NCBI GenBank assembly: GCA_964187785.1
Contig: OZ076409.1
Location: 10,852,001 to 10,916,000, forward strand
DNA: 64,000 nt
Direction: 5' to 3'
From: Amphiscolops sp. MND2022
Lineage: Eukaryota
Shown: in pieces, positions 1-13,700 of the stretch
Layout: the number at the start of each line of letters is the position of its first letter
Numbering within the stretch: position 1 is the stretch's first letter
Program-made: the position numbers and the translations under genes
Notes under the pieces: generated by a model
The model's database searches: none
Seen by the model: the letters and a program-made list of their open reading frames with translations, nothing else
Told to the model about the DNA's origin: nothing

Positions 1-186
1 TTGTGTGTGGGCCCCCCGTTCTGCTCAGTGGCCCACGGGGACTGTGTTTTGTGGTTCTCGTGCTTCGGTTTTGTGAACCTAAAAGAAAAATCAAAGCAAT
101 TTTTCATGACTTGGGAATTGGCGTTGTTCGTGTTTGTGGAATGCAACGGCCAAACTGTCACCATCAGACCAAACTTTCCCCCCACT

Positions 187-617
187 TTCTTTTCTGTTTT
201 CCCCCCGCCACCAAAATTTTTTTGAATTTAAATTTCCTTCCCAATTTTAGACTAGCCTAATTAAAAGTAAAACCTTCTTTCATAACAGGATGTGAGCGTC
301 TATTGGAAAAGTTTTTTGTTTGAACAAAAACTTTTTCACATATTTTAACTATATTTTTGATCACATTCACTTTTTTGTGACACAAAACAGGAAGCTGTTA
401 ATTTTCTAATCAAAAATGGTGACTTTATATGGAAAAATATTGACTTCATAAGGAAAAATAGTGTGAACAAATTTTATATCTCAATTCCAAATTGTCACAC
501 TGTGGAAATGAAATAAAAAATTAAGGTTTCTGGTTTGTATGCAAGTCTTTTTTTTTTACATTTTTCACTAATTTTCACTAAATTTGGTGGTGGGGGGATT
601 TTAAACAGAAAAGAGCC
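187..617. mobile_element. Merlin-like MITE family copy (~410 bp), left end eroded
   Basis: Shares the TTTTCTGTTTTCCCCCC(A/G)CCACC...GGTGGTGGGGG..CAGAAAAGAGCC termini and internal sequence with the copies at 6052 and 21124; no TSD seen. Confidence 0.65.
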
Positions 618-1179
618 ACAATTTCAGGCAGAGTTGTTGAATAGTTTATTACATTTGATTGAAATACTGTCTTTTGATATAAACCCGATAGTATCGTGTT
701 GAAGATATTGATACTCATCGATTGTTTTAACCTTAGATTTAGAGATCTTAACAGTGTTATACAGTTCATCCATTTCGGTTGAAAAAACAGTACCTGCTAC
801 TGAAGATTAATTACAACCTCAGATACGGAAACTTGAGATACATCTATTCATCTTTTTGTATGTGGCAAAAAACCCAACGCAATATGCGGTTCCATGTAAT
901 TGCATTCATTCAACTATATGGCTCCATACGACAATTTCATTGTGTTGCCATGCATAGAATCGTATGAAATCATATAGTTCCATGTGAGGATTTGCATGGA
1001 AACATCATGAATTTGGTAGTATACCTGAAACGCTCTGAAAGAAAAATGAATGAAAAAAAAAACAAAAATGTTCTCGTTTGAAAATTAATCACTTTAAGGT
1101 TTTGGTCACTTTTAGTATCTATTTTTGGCATTTAGAACTAATGTTTTCAATAAATGTTAAGCCTACGATAAAGAATCAC

Positions 1180-4100
1180 CTCGGTTCAGTTCTGTAAGTT
1201 TTTGTTTTTCTTTGCTCCACTTCAGAAGGAATGGGCTCACTGAAAAATGATCACTAGAATTTCGTTTTTCGAGAAATATCAACTCCGTCCAGAATGCTCA
1301 ACTTTCAGATGAAATGACAAAAATAAGAAAAAAACACTCAAATACAATGGTTGAGAAAACATATACAAAAGCAATCCCTGCAACATCCTTGCTTTTAAAT
1401 CACTCCTTGGAGGATCTTGCAAATACCTGCATTCCTCACAAGAATCTTGCAAGCAAATATAATATCCGTGGAACCTTGCAGGGAAAAATGCTTTTTGAAT
1501 GAGAAAAAATGCAGCCAGGGAATTGATCTTACATTCTCGTGTAGTTTTCGTCAGTTCCGTAGGGAGCAGACATGGACAATCGCGCACTGTGGGAGCGGGA
1601 GAGGACAGACGACGAGTGTCCCCCATGCATGAATGCCTCTTCCATGTGAGTGACAGGGTTGGACCTGGCTGTTGCAGGCATCCTGCTCACTGATTTCTGC
1701 TGCACATCTAAAATACATCGAAAAAACCTTCTTGAACAGGACATTTTAGTGAAAGGAACTTGAATGCAATGTATTCAGATACGGCATGAAATTCAATTTT
1801 GAGAAACCCATGTACAACTATGATTTTCTTCGAAGTTCCTGTAAACAAAACACATTTTTATTGTCGTCATTAGAGGATGGATTAGTTCCCGTCGAAAATT
1901 CGAAATCACAAAACTGGGTCTATGAGACGTGTAATTTTGCAAAAACCTGCCCCTAGATCAGGATTTAGTAGTAAATACAAGTTGTTGAAAGTGATATTAC
2001 AAAGTTACAAATCAAGCAATTTTGATAACCTCCAAAATAACTCGAGTTTCGAGCCTTTTTAATTTCAGTCCGAATCATTTTTTACAATGTGAGATCCAAT
2101 TCATTTATTACAGTACGGTATGGTCACTTGAGCGTAAAAGAAGACTAACACTGTGTTAGTATTGCATTGTAACAAGAACAAGTGTACATCGTTGCGGTAG
2201 CAATATCGTTAATTCAAAGTAAACAAACAACAAACAATTTAGTATAGTGGATTTTCCGTATTTGCTCGTTCATTGGTTCGAATCCCTCCAGAAACCGTTA
2301 AATGATCGCATTTCGATGCATACGGAACATAAGGGGAAATTCGGAACATAAGCACGTTTTATGTTACATAGGGTTGACTTCTGTGGGATGTACTAAGGAG
2401 TTTATCCCCCACAAAACATCCAATGGACCTAGCAGTTTCCGATGAAAATTCACGAACGGTATTTTTCGATAAAGCTACAAAATTAGTTTGGTGACGATTA
2501 CGTGTATCATGTGTGGCATTGTTACTTCGAGATCACCCAGGTTTTCGATCTTTGCGAATCTGTGCAGATCTGCAGGATTTTTGCAGATCTTTGCAAATAT
2601 GTGCAGATCTGCAGAATTTTTGCAGATCTTTGCAGATATGTGCAGATTCGAAAAAAAACTGACGTACTCAGAAACACAATAAAAATCCCACAGCGATGTC
2701 AAACGAATAATAAAAATGTTTAAAACTGGAGAGAAGTCTCATTTATGTCAAAATGATAAAACATTTTTCTGTAGCAATCTGTAAAGATCTGTAGAGATTA
2801 CAGATCTTTACAGAGCCAAACTGACGAATAAATTACTATAACGTATTCCAAGTTAACAGCAATACTAAAAATACTCCAGCAAACTAAGTTGCGGAAATAT
2901 TATAACAACAATACTTTATCAACACATCGACCAACCCAGGTTGCCACATGTCAAGTTTTATCTGCCAAAACGAAGTCAATATGGCAAAGAAGCCTCTCAA
3001 AGTTGAACAACCGCTTCTGGAAAGTTCGAGTAAAATACATAAATTAGTGTATGACCTATACCAAATATTCACCAGACACCAAAATTACCATGAAGGGGAC
3101 AATATTTCATTCTCATGAATTTTGAGTGATGGAGAGTTTCTACTGACGGACCTTAGGTCAGCTAAAATACTCGATGAAGTAGTTGAAGAAGTCGAAAAAT
3201 GCAGTATATTTGTTCCTTAAAAGCTGCAGAAAAACATGTTTCTGCAAATAACTTTAAAGAAAATCTGCACACTTCTGTAAAGATCTTGCAGATCTGTATG
3301 GATCTTCAAGATTCAGTGCAACGATCTTTGCAGAACCCTGCAGAAAAAATCCTGCAGATCTGCACAGATTCGCGAAGATCGAAAACCTGGGCACTGTCTA
3401 CTAGGCTTTTTGAAAAATTATTGGATGTCCAATATATTGCAATTTATTTTTATACTATGACCAAACCAATATATTTATTTTCATTTTCACGATTATTGCC
3501 AAAACTTCGGCATGAATTACATGCAGTTTTCTTTGAGTGCTTTACACGCTTTGTGTCTGGGCGATTGTTAAATTGCAAAAAAATTAAAGTTCAGAAATCT
3601 TTGGTTCATATAACCTTAAACTCACAGACTTGGAAAAACGCACAGTGAAGTGTATTGGTAAATTAATTGTGTCCGTGGCTGTAGAAACTGAAAAGACGGA
3701 ACCGAGCAGTCTGGCAGGGCAAGCTATGGAAAAAAACGAGGATTGAAAATGAGGTAGAATATCATATTTCTCAAATTCTACCTTAATCAAATATCTGTTA
3801 CATTGAAAGTTTCAAAGAAGCTTCATATTCAGCGTGCTATTTGACTAACGGTGATTACATAAAGTACTTAATTGTGAAACTTACGCGTGAAAACAAAAAG
3901 ATTTTTCCGCATTGAGAGATTCTTCAAAGATGTCTTGAAAAATTCTGGGTGATACGAAAGCCTGGTATGAAAGACTGTGCGCTGAACATTCCTTAAGCGG
4001 GGTTGAGCCGTGTCCACTACAACAAACCCTCACAGTCATCAAAGGACGACTGCAACCAATTGCTTAACTGCTGTGCCATAATCCACAGCCTTCAGAACTA

Positions 4101-6846
4101 ATGTTACCAGTCATAAATATACTCCTACTCTAGTGAACATTTTGAACTCTAAATCTTTTCATTTTAGCAAAAGGATTGAACACGACGGGGCTTAGCTAGC
4201 TAATATTTAGACTCCTAATGAAAAAATCAAAATAGGAACATGGTGTAGTGGTTAGAGCAATCGTCCTGTACTGAGGCGGTAATAGGAACGAATCTCTCAA
4301 CTCACCATTGTTGGGCCTTGAGTGAGTCCTTCATCCCTAGCTTAGCGGTATGGTGAGTGACAAAAAATAACGCATTTGGTGGAGAGAAGCAAAAGCAAAC
4401 AAGAGTAACGGTGAGCACAGCAGTTACAGCGTTGTGACTTTGAGCAAGTAACTTTAAAACCACAGCTTCAAGTTGACCATTGCTTGACCTTTTGGTATCA
4501 AAAGGAACCGGAAAAATGCGCCGACTTCGAAACGCAAATCTGCTCATTCGGTGTCCACCCGGCGGCAATGGCGAAAATAACTTTATCATTCTTCAAAAAT
4601 CTGGAAACTGTTTCCAAGATCTCGCATATTTAGAGTTGGAACCGGTCGGGACGGCCCTGCGTTTCGATAGATGTAGAACAAAAAGAGTCCGAATTAAATT
4701 CATTTCACAAAAGTGAGTAACAAATAAAGTAACATCGAGTTTCAAAAGCATTGACAGGCCGCGGTTCCAACTCTGCGCATATTGTACAACACGATCTTTG
4801 GGTTCCATCATGTGATAGCTTGGTTTATAACATGAACGGTTGCGGTACAATTTGTATATTGATGAGCCTGCTGTTTGTTTTTAATCATTTCGAATTAATG
4901 TTGTTAGTTTTTCGTTTAAAACTCTTTGCACCATCTTGTCAGACTTTTAACATTCATGGCGTTCTTGGTTAATGCAGGGAACTTTTCACACACTGTATCA
5001 AACCAAGCTGACCATTTCTAGTCGGCGCTTTATAGAACCAAATGTTTCAACTAACTTTCCCAGCGTTTACATCTTGAATATCTTGCCACGATCCTAGGAA
5101 AATCTTGAACTCTTCAATACCTTGGGAAGATCTTAGGTTTTATCTTGACATCTTGAATTTGTTGGTAAGATCTTGGATTTCATCTTGGATATCGTGAACA
5201 GATCTTGGATCTTGGAAATTTTGGTAAGATCTTGGATTTTGTATATCTTGGAATGATGTTGGATTTTGTCTTGACATCTTGAATGTCTTGAGTCCTGTCA
5301 CGTGTGTTATATAAATCCACATCAGCAGAGATTGTTCAGTTTCTGGGAGCATTGCTTGCAGAAGAACTACACGTTAGACAAATATATTCTTGGAATTTAT
5401 CTTGGATATCTTGACAAGATCTTGGATACCTTGACAAGATCTTGGATTTTTTCGAAGATCTTGCCAGAACTTGCACTCTAGGTACGATATTCAAGATGTT
5501 GAACGCTGGATTGCCAAGATCCTCCCAAAGGTCTCAAAAAAGCAAGTTTTTCTTTCAAAGGTTTTCACACTTGACTGTATCTCACCTGAGTCTTCTCCAT
5601 TCATGTTCATGCGCTGCAACTTGGGAATGACCTGGGTCGGTGTCTGCTTTAAGTCTTCTTCTGTGCCCCACGGAACCCTTGACACTTGGCTTCCTGCAAA
5701 GAGACCAACAGTAAACTTACAGGAAAAACTTTCAGATGCTTGGAAAAAAAAGAGGTTCGCGAGCAATGCCAAAATTACGATTTCTGCAACTTATCCAATT
5801 GGAAACATAGTAATTGCAAACTATCAGGATAAATTTTTAAACCAGTTTCTCATAATTTTCAAAGCATACAATTCAAAAACTGAAACTACCAGAGCCGCGG
5901 TAAAAGAGTCGGAATTGGATTAAAATTGCGTATTTTTTGTTTCCCGACCATTTTCTGACAAATTTTGGCTATGTTTCTCAAATACCAGGCATACACTTTT
6001 GGGTGTAGAATGACTTTGCTAAATTATATAAAAACCGCATGGACAGTTTTTGGTTCTTTTCTGTTTTCCCCCCACCACCTATTTTTTCGAAAAAAAATTG
6101 TGAAAATATTAAAATAAAAAGACTTAGAACTGAATTAGAAACCTTTACTTTTTCATTTATTCTCAGAATGACAATTTAGAATTCAGATACAAACTTTGTT
6201 CACACATTTTTCCTGATGGAGCCACTCTTTTTTGTTGAAAACTAAACAGCTTCCTGTTTTGAGTCACTAAAAACAGTTAATGTTTAACATATTTACAGGT
6301 AAAATGTGTGAAAAATGTTTGGTTCAAATGAAAAACAAATTCAATAGAAGTTAACTTCCTGTTATGGGAAGAATTTTACTTCAAATTCAACCAGTTTGAA
6401 AATTTTTCTTAGTTTTCCCTCGAACAATTTTGATGGTGGGGGAGAAAACAGAAGAGCCCAGTTTTTGAGAAGTTTGAAACTTTCATCGAAAGTTCAGGAG
6501 AAAAAGGTACAAATGCATAAGTGGTCCTACTCCTAAAAATTTTAGATGCGCTAATTTAAAAGCATTATTTTTTAAATAATAATTAGCGCTAATTTTAAAA
6601 GCTTAGAGTAATTAGGGTTTTACAGGAATGAAGAGACCGATTGGTTTTGACTAACTGTAGAAACGATGTGTTGGCGGTGAAGAGTAAGAGCTTCCAGTGT
6701 TGAAAATGTCACTACAATCACCTCCGGGAGGTTTGGAGACTCTAGAATGCAAACAGTTGTTCAACAATTACTTGCCTGGATGAAACCAGGTCTCGTTTCA
6801 AAACAATGACGGTCACTTACTTGGTATATCTCTTCTCAGATTCCAT
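1180..6846 (-). CDS. Spliced gene, Jupiter/HN1-like (PPGG-motif microtubule-associated-type) protein; exons 6846-6821, 6741-6656, 5693-5586, 1707-1533, 1239-1180; last exon uncertain (~1030-970)
   Basis: Five GT-AG-bounded exons with mutually compatible phases give MESEKRYTKVSKPPGGDCSDIFNTGSSYSSPPTHRFYRSQVSRVPWGTEEDL...APYGTDENYTRIEPIPSEVEQRKTK. KVxKPPGGxxSDIF resembles the Jupiter/HN1 motif. Extra exons may be missed. Confidence 0.5.
2240..2290 (+). other. Possible tRNA-derived Pol III (A-box/B-box) relic or SINE head
   Basis: TAGTATAGTGG ... GGTTCGAATCC at tRNA-like spacing, but no cloverleaf; a weaker analogue lies at ~4240-4297. Confidence 0.25.
2536..3391. mobile_element. Non-autonomous EnSpm/CACTA(CMC)-like TIR element
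   Basis: 47-bp TIR CCCAGGTTTTCGATCTTTGCGAATCTGTGCAGATCTGCAGGATTTTT with 1 mismatch, 2-bp TSD CA, subterminal GCAGATCT repeats. Confidence 0.8.
5059..5510. mobile_element. Non-autonomous EnSpm-like MITE (CAAGATCTTG-rich)
   Basis: CCCAGCGTTTACATCTTG ... CAAGATGTTGAACGCTGGA termini with TT on both flanks; related copy at 49648-49939. Confidence 0.7.
6052..6458. mobile_element. Merlin-like MITE
   Basis: GG..CC termini, ~28-bp imperfect TIR, exact 8-bp TSD CAGTTTTT (6044-6051 and 6459-6466). Confidence 0.8.
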
Positions 6847-8325
6847 GTATAAATTGGTAAGAGAGCGTTCGAATTGCCAGTCTATAAATTGATGACCAAA
6901 ATTTTTTCAGTGGAAATGACTTGGACGTAACAGTTGGTACGGCTAAAGCACTTATCCCATGTTTGAGAAAATACAGTCATGTCTAATCGGTGCTTAGTCA
7001 GCGTACTGGTGTGGAAAATTTTGATAGCAATCGAATTACAAGTCACGAGTCGAATAAATCAAAAAATAGCAGTTAGAGAAAAAATCTTACAATAGCTCTG
7101 ATGTCAAATAAACATGGACTGAGAGACACTTGAATGCTCGAATTTCAATTATCAATGCGAAAATCAATTATAGACGGCTTTGTTTCAACGGTGCATAATT
7201 TTCATCAAAAGCAAAGTAACCGGAGTTGCTACCTTGAAGTCTGTGCGATTTTTGAAAAGGGATGGAAACTTTCATGGGAGTTAAATAGATTTTCGCATGA
7301 CAAATTGAAAAAGTAAAATGGACTGCAGACGATGTTTTCAATTTCCGTCCTTATTTCCATATGGTAAAGGAGAAGTACTAACTGAGCTGCGTTTTTCAAA
7401 ACATTTTTCCGCACTGCGCAACTTTTTAAAAATATTTATTTAACTCACAAGTGGGTCTTCCCTTCATTTTTTTGTTTTTTTTTTACTCTTTGTGTCTTCA
7501 AGAAACAAAAAATCTCAAATTTTAGCCCAGGATTGTCAATTTTTTTCTGACCCAGTTACTGCCAATAGATAATAACAGCGCTGGTGAGCTGCTGAAAAGT
7601 TTTTAAGCGGTGCTGGCTCAATTTTTTTGCATCGATGTCCGTTGCTAATGCATGTTGGTTCGTTCTTAGGGCGAGGACTTTAGAAGAACCGAAATGGTTT
7701 TTCCTCGCCTTTTCTGGTGCGGATTTATTTATAAAGTTTGCACTCTATAGCACTTGATAACTTAATATAATCTTTATTAAAGTTTTTTCCACTTTGCCTG
7801 GAGGATGAGATTAGTTTTTCTAGGTGGTGAGTGATTTTCTGTGCACTTTGGACGGAAATATGGTTCATTCTACCACCGGGGTTTTCTTGAATAATTCAAG
7901 CACTTTGTGAAAAGATTGTCTTCAATCTGAGTTTTTTCGGTAGTGTTTGCTTCTTTGATTTTTTTTCACAATTTAGTGCTCCAATAGCAGTATTTGAATC
8001 TATTTTGGCAAATTGTGGTATCTTTTAAATTGAATTGTAGTAGTCCCGCTTTTTCCTTGCTTTTCCCCACATTTCCCGAATGTTCCCTCCGATAAAAAAC
8101 ATGGTGAAACCGAATTGATAGAACTTCATCCAATTTTTTCTCCAATTTGGTATGACTTAAGTATTGCCAGATGGGGTTCGATCTGACCATTGTCAAAATT
8201 TTTGATTTCGAATTGAGCAAAAATACCGTTACGATGCGTGTGATTGAATAATTTTTGAATTTTACTACTTGAGTTTTAATTTTACCGTTATCTGCTTCAC
8301 CCATTTTTTTGCTTACGCAATTCTG

Positions 8326-8848
8326 TTTTTTTAGTCGGCGCCTTTTCCCTTAAGGAAAAAAGCCCGACTCTTACAGTGAGTAGTTTTTTTTGTTTTTTTT
8401 TCAGTTGACAATCTCACTCTGAGTGGTCCACTTTTCTTACAATTTGTTCATCTTTCATATTTGTTCATCTTCCATCTTCGACCCAGCCGGAGAGCGTGGG
8501 TTCGATTTTAATGCTTCCAAAAGTACAGGTGAGACCAAAGGGTCCCCCCTTTGGGTTTTTTCGGCACTATGCGACTTTTTTTTCGAAAATTTTCGATATT
8601 ATCAAAGGGTACCCCCTTGCATTTTTTTGAAGTTTTCGGTTTGTAGAAAACGTTGAATGAGCCTGAATGGCCTCTTTTTGAGTTTTTTGGCATTGTGCGA
8701 CTTAAAAAATACTTTTTTCGAAAAAAAAATCAAAAATAAATTTTTTGAAAAAAAAATGTTTTTTTTTCCAAAAATTTCCAATAGTTGTTCCTTGAATATT
8801 TTTGAGCCTAAGATATGGCGCCGACTTGGGATGTTCCCGTCTTGTTTT
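8326..8848 (+). mobile_element. Helentron-associated (HINE/DINE-1-like) non-autonomous element
   Basis: T-run + subTIR AGTCGGCGC with a nearby inverted copy (CCGACT); 3' subTIR GGCGCCGACT followed by a short stem-loop and T-run; no TSD. Confidence 0.65.
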
Positions 8849-9144
8849 ATTTTGGACCCTATCATCCCCCCAGTTTCGGACTTGTGTCCATTTCGTTGAG
8901 CTACATACGCTAAGTCCGAACTATTGACGTTTTCAAGTTTCATCAGATAATGCCAGGAGATGGGAGGGGAAGAGGAAAAGGAGATGAATAAGGGTACTCA
9001 AGTTGGCTGATACAAAAAATATAATTCGACGTCGCTCCTAGAGAGTCGGGGAAACAAGGAATTTTTTTGCTTTCGAATAGCATAAAAAGTGGGTGCTTTC
9101 CTGCTTTCACTTCAGCAATATTACAACCTTCTTTTTGAAGCGTA

Positions 9145-10193
9145 CCCGAGTTGATCCTCTTACTAGCATCTTGGCTGTCTTGGCAAGATCTTGCCAAATT
9201 CTTACTACATCTTGGCAACCATGGATCCCATAGCAAGATTCTTATTAAGATCTTACTAAGATAATACTTATTCCAAGATCGTATCTTATCACGATGGACA
9301 AAAATTTAAGATTATAAAAAAACACTATACCTTCGGTACAAGCAGCCGAGACTCAATCTAATGGCTCTTTTCACCCAACAACGACTATTTCTACTCGTTT
9401 TCATAATCAAAATGCTTAAACCGGCTGAAAAAATTTTGCATGCAAAAATGCGTGAAAAATTACGATAACGTATTCTGGCTTCCGAAATTTTTACGAGAAT
9501 CCTAATAAGTCCTCGCCTGTTTAAGACTGAGAAATGCGAATGTACCAAATGAAAGATCATTTCAAGAGCTTTCCAAAACTTGTAATTTATCACTCCTGTC
9601 GATTCCAGAGGCGGAGAAATATGCTCTAAAACGTCCAGACCCACTATCGAAAAGTTACAAAGGAAAGACCTTAAAATCCTGAAACTTTTGTAATAATCAT
9701 ATTTCCAGCTTTCTTTGAGCCTGTTTCAGCTGCCTTATTACTGCTAGAAACGGCGGTCATTGCTCTAATTTGGGTAATGATACAGCTCAAGGCTTTTCTG
9801 ACGCCGTTGTTGGCGACAGTTTTGCAATTGAAAGAACAATATCGATATCGAAATGGTTGTAAAAATCATTCAGTAATTTTGTTTTGGGTGATGTCTAGAT
9901 TATTTTTCCATAACTCTTAATTGAATGGTTTTCTGATTCTACTTTTTCTCGATATCGAGCAGTTCGTAACAATTTTTTTCTTGTGATATTCGGCTTCTTA
10001 GTTAGATTTTTCTTGCCATATTGGGCTTCTTAGTAAGATTTTTCTTGGAAACATGGCTCTCTTGATAAGATCTTACCATGGCATCTTGCAATTCTTGGCA
10101 ATATCTTGTCACGATCTTAGCTAAGATTTTTCCAAGATCTTGGCAAGATCTTGCCAAGATCTTACTAAGATATCCATGGAGGGTCGACCCGGG
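9145..10193. mobile_element. Non-autonomous EnSpm-like TIR element
   Basis: CCCGAGTTGATCCTC ... GAGGGTCGACCCGGG termini, TA TSD, CAAGATCTT subterminal repeats. Confidence 0.7.
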
Positions 10194-10759
10194 TAGTGAG
10201 ATAAATAACGCTAAAAGGTGTACACGGCTTTTTCCCTCCCCGTGAACAAAGTTTGTTTTAGTTTTTGCTACAAAGTACCTCAGTACAATGAAGTAGGCAA
10301 ATATTGATTTTTTTGTAACGCGATGGCACCCGAAGTAGAGAGGTGCACCGCGCAGGCCCTGAATTCCCCGAAATCAGGTCGAAATGGTGAAGCTTGTCGA
10401 AATACCATCGAAAATGCCAAATTTGCCCAATTTCGCAAAAAAACTGAAAGACTTCATTATCACTTAAACCTTACATGGAAATTTTTGTATATCGAAGTCT
10501 CTCTGAGGCTTCAATTTTTTAAATTTCAGCAGAAATTTTAAAACTGTGTCGTTTTTCAGGTAGTTGAATTTTTTATGTTGGAAATGGACTCGGTGAGGAG
10601 CAATCTGCTCTCGAAAGCATTTATTCGTTGTGACATTTACAAATTGGGGAAAAATGATAATAACGATTACAACTTCCTGAGAGGCGTTAGACTCGATTAA
10701 TTAATAAATATGGGTGATAATTTAACCATCCATTAGAAAAGTAGCCTCTCATAATTATT

Positions 10760-13700
10760 AAATAGCGATAATACATCCGTGATTAAAGGGTTACTTTAAC
10801 TTATGATCCTCTGTCAAGTATGATCTGTGCGAGATAAAGATGTTAACACCCCCACTCGGAATTGACCCGATTTAGAAGTTAGGGTGTTTTCTGCCCATGA
10901 TGTTTTCACGGTGTTCTTTGAATTTCAGTTCACACAGTTTTTATGAAAAATTTCCGCCACCATTTTTGGTGGCAATAACATATATTCATCTCATTTTTCT
11001 GGAATGCATCACGTTGGAAGTGCTGTTGGACATCAATATGTTTCGATCATTTGTGGAAGACAGGGTATGTTGACAAATTTATAGCTCTTTGATTGTCTTC
11101 TCCGAGATAAGTTTGTTTATGGATAATGTAGATCAGCTAATAGTTGTCGAAGAAATAACACTTATTGTGCTGCAGCTGCCAGTATTTGATATTCTGTTTA
11201 ACAACTCGAGAGTGCACCAATTTGTTGCTTCCATACTTGCCATGATATAGAACTACTGTGCTAACTATACTTGAAATAGAACCCCGTGCTTGAATTGCGA
11301 TCATTTTTATCGCCACTCCAGTCCACGTCACTTTCTCCCAACAAAATAAGGTTACTTTGTTTGCAAAAGGTTATTTTCAGGTTCGATGACCCACGTAGAT
11401 ATCGCAAGATTCTCTTAACATATGTGCTTGCATATGTGCCTTGGTTGGTTTCTCCGTAAAATTTGATAGTCCATTCACTCGAAACAAGATATCTGGTCGA
11501 GTGTGCTTGCCAAGAAACAACGAAGATCCGAATAGGCTTCGATATGTACTTTCATCTTCAGGATCTTCAGGTTCATTGTCATCAGGAGCTTTCATGAATT
11601 TTTCATTTGGAGAAATAGGGGTTTTCAAGGGATTACAATTACTCATGGCTTGGTTTTCAGTTACTAATATTCTATGTACTGTTCTTGGTCTAGACTTATT
11701 CGTCCTGGCCCCTCCTCTAATCTGATGCCTAAAACTTTAGCTCTCCTATTTCTTTCGTTTTGAAGTTTTCTCTGAATTTTTTTCAGCTGTTGAATTACTC
11801 CGATATTAGAACTAGCAAAGAAAATATCATCAACCCCATTTTTTATGTATATTATTTCACTTCTTCTCCAAGTTTTTCTCTGACATACAAACAGTAATCG
11901 CTTTGTACTTTGTTAGAAAAATTCAGCCACTAAGAATATTTGAGTCTATCGTACAAGTTAATGCTGACTGGTTTCAAACCATAAACTGATTTATTGAGCT
12001 TGCACACTAGTTTCGTGCCATCCGCAGCCTTTTTTATGTTCTGCGGGCTGTTCAATATACACTTATTCATCAGTTTTTGCATGTTAGTATGCTGATTTAA
12101 CATATGATTGCCCTAAATGTATATCGTGTTGCGCTGCTAAAGCTAAAACTAATCCAGGTCTTTTAAGTGGAAGGAACGTTTTGCCGTAGTTTAGACTTTC
12201 TATTTGAGAAACTGTTTTGACAGAAATCGAGCATCATATCTTTTAACTGCTCCATGTTCGTTGCTTTTGATTTTGAAAATCATTTTTTGGGCACAATTAT
12301 CCGACTCCTTGGTGGCTTGACTAGCAACCAAGTTTCGTTTCCTTCCACGCTCTGCTGTTCTTCTATGATGGCTTCAATCCACTTCGCATCTCAAAATGTG
12401 CTTAATCTATTGATTGTACGTCAGTGATTCTGATTTCTCTCTTAGAAAAAAACCAAGAGTGAAATAGTTTCCGAAACGTAAGGGAACATTCACCTCTCCT
12501 TCAGCAATTGCCGCCGTAAAATTACTTGTCGTACATCTCAAATCTTTCAGGGTAACCGAGTTTTGAAAATTGGAAACTGTAATTTGACATGAAACTACAA
12601 TTGGTTCCAGTTTGCTATCAAGGCTTTGATTATTTTCAGTATCTGCAACTTAATCACAAGAAGTACTATCAACAGATAATTTTTCAAGCTCAGTTTCTAC
12701 AGGTGGGTCGTCTTTGACTGCTTCCAAACTAGTCTCATGACCTACTGTTATGTCTGGTGGACCCATTCAAAGCCCATTTGTTTCATTCCTCTTGTTTATG
12801 TCAAAAGGATTTTGACGGAGAGATAACAAACTCGAGTCATCGAAATCAACGAAATCAACTTCTTCATCTGTTTTTTATGAGGGACTTCTTTTTGTTGGAG
12901 AATACATGCTTGGCAACGAAAAACTTCCCTGTGCTCAAGTCTTTCTCTACGTACCAAGGACTATGTTCATCGTATGCTAAAAATTTACATTTTGACGCCT
13001 TTTTGTCAAGTTTTTGTCATTACGTTTTGAGTTTTGGAACAGAAACTGTGCATCCAGAAACCTTTAGTTTCTCAATATGCGGTTTCCTTCCATTGAGAGT
13101 TTTTAGAAGAGTTAGTTCACCTCTCTCGATGACTACGAGGTTCCGCAAACAACAAGCTGTTGCAATGGCTCTGAGCCAATAAATTTTGGCAATTTTGATT
13201 CGAGTAGTAAACATGTGGCCATTTTGACTATAGTTCTATGGGCTCTGTCAGGAATACCATTCGGCTCATGGGTTTCAAGCACTGGAAAAATTCAGCCACT
13301 AAGAATATTTGAGTCTATCGTAAAAGTTAATGCTGACTGGTTTCAAACCATAAACTGATTTATTGAGCTTGCACACTAGTTTCGTGCCATCCGCAGCCTT
13401 TTTTATGTTCTGCGGGCTGTTCAATATACACTTATTCATCAGTTTTTGCATGTTAGTATGCTGATTTAACATATGATTGCCCTAAATGTATATCGTGTTG
13501 CGCTGCTAAAGCTAAAACTAATCCAGGTCTTTTAAGTGGAAGGAACGTTTTGCCGTAGTTTAGACTTTCTATTTGAGAAACTGTTTTGACAGAAATCGAG
13601 CATCATATCTTTTAACTGCTCCATGTTCGTTGCTTTTGATTTTGAAAATCATTTTTTGGGCACAATTATCCGACTCCTTGGTGGCTTGACTAGCAACCAA

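Noticed and set aside
4235..4300. tRNA gene
   Set aside because: The A-box is plausible but the B-box is degenerate and no acceptor stem or cloverleaf forms.
7966..8304. 112-aa ORF
   Set aside because: No recognisable motif or splice support; lies next to a transposon in AT-rich DNA.
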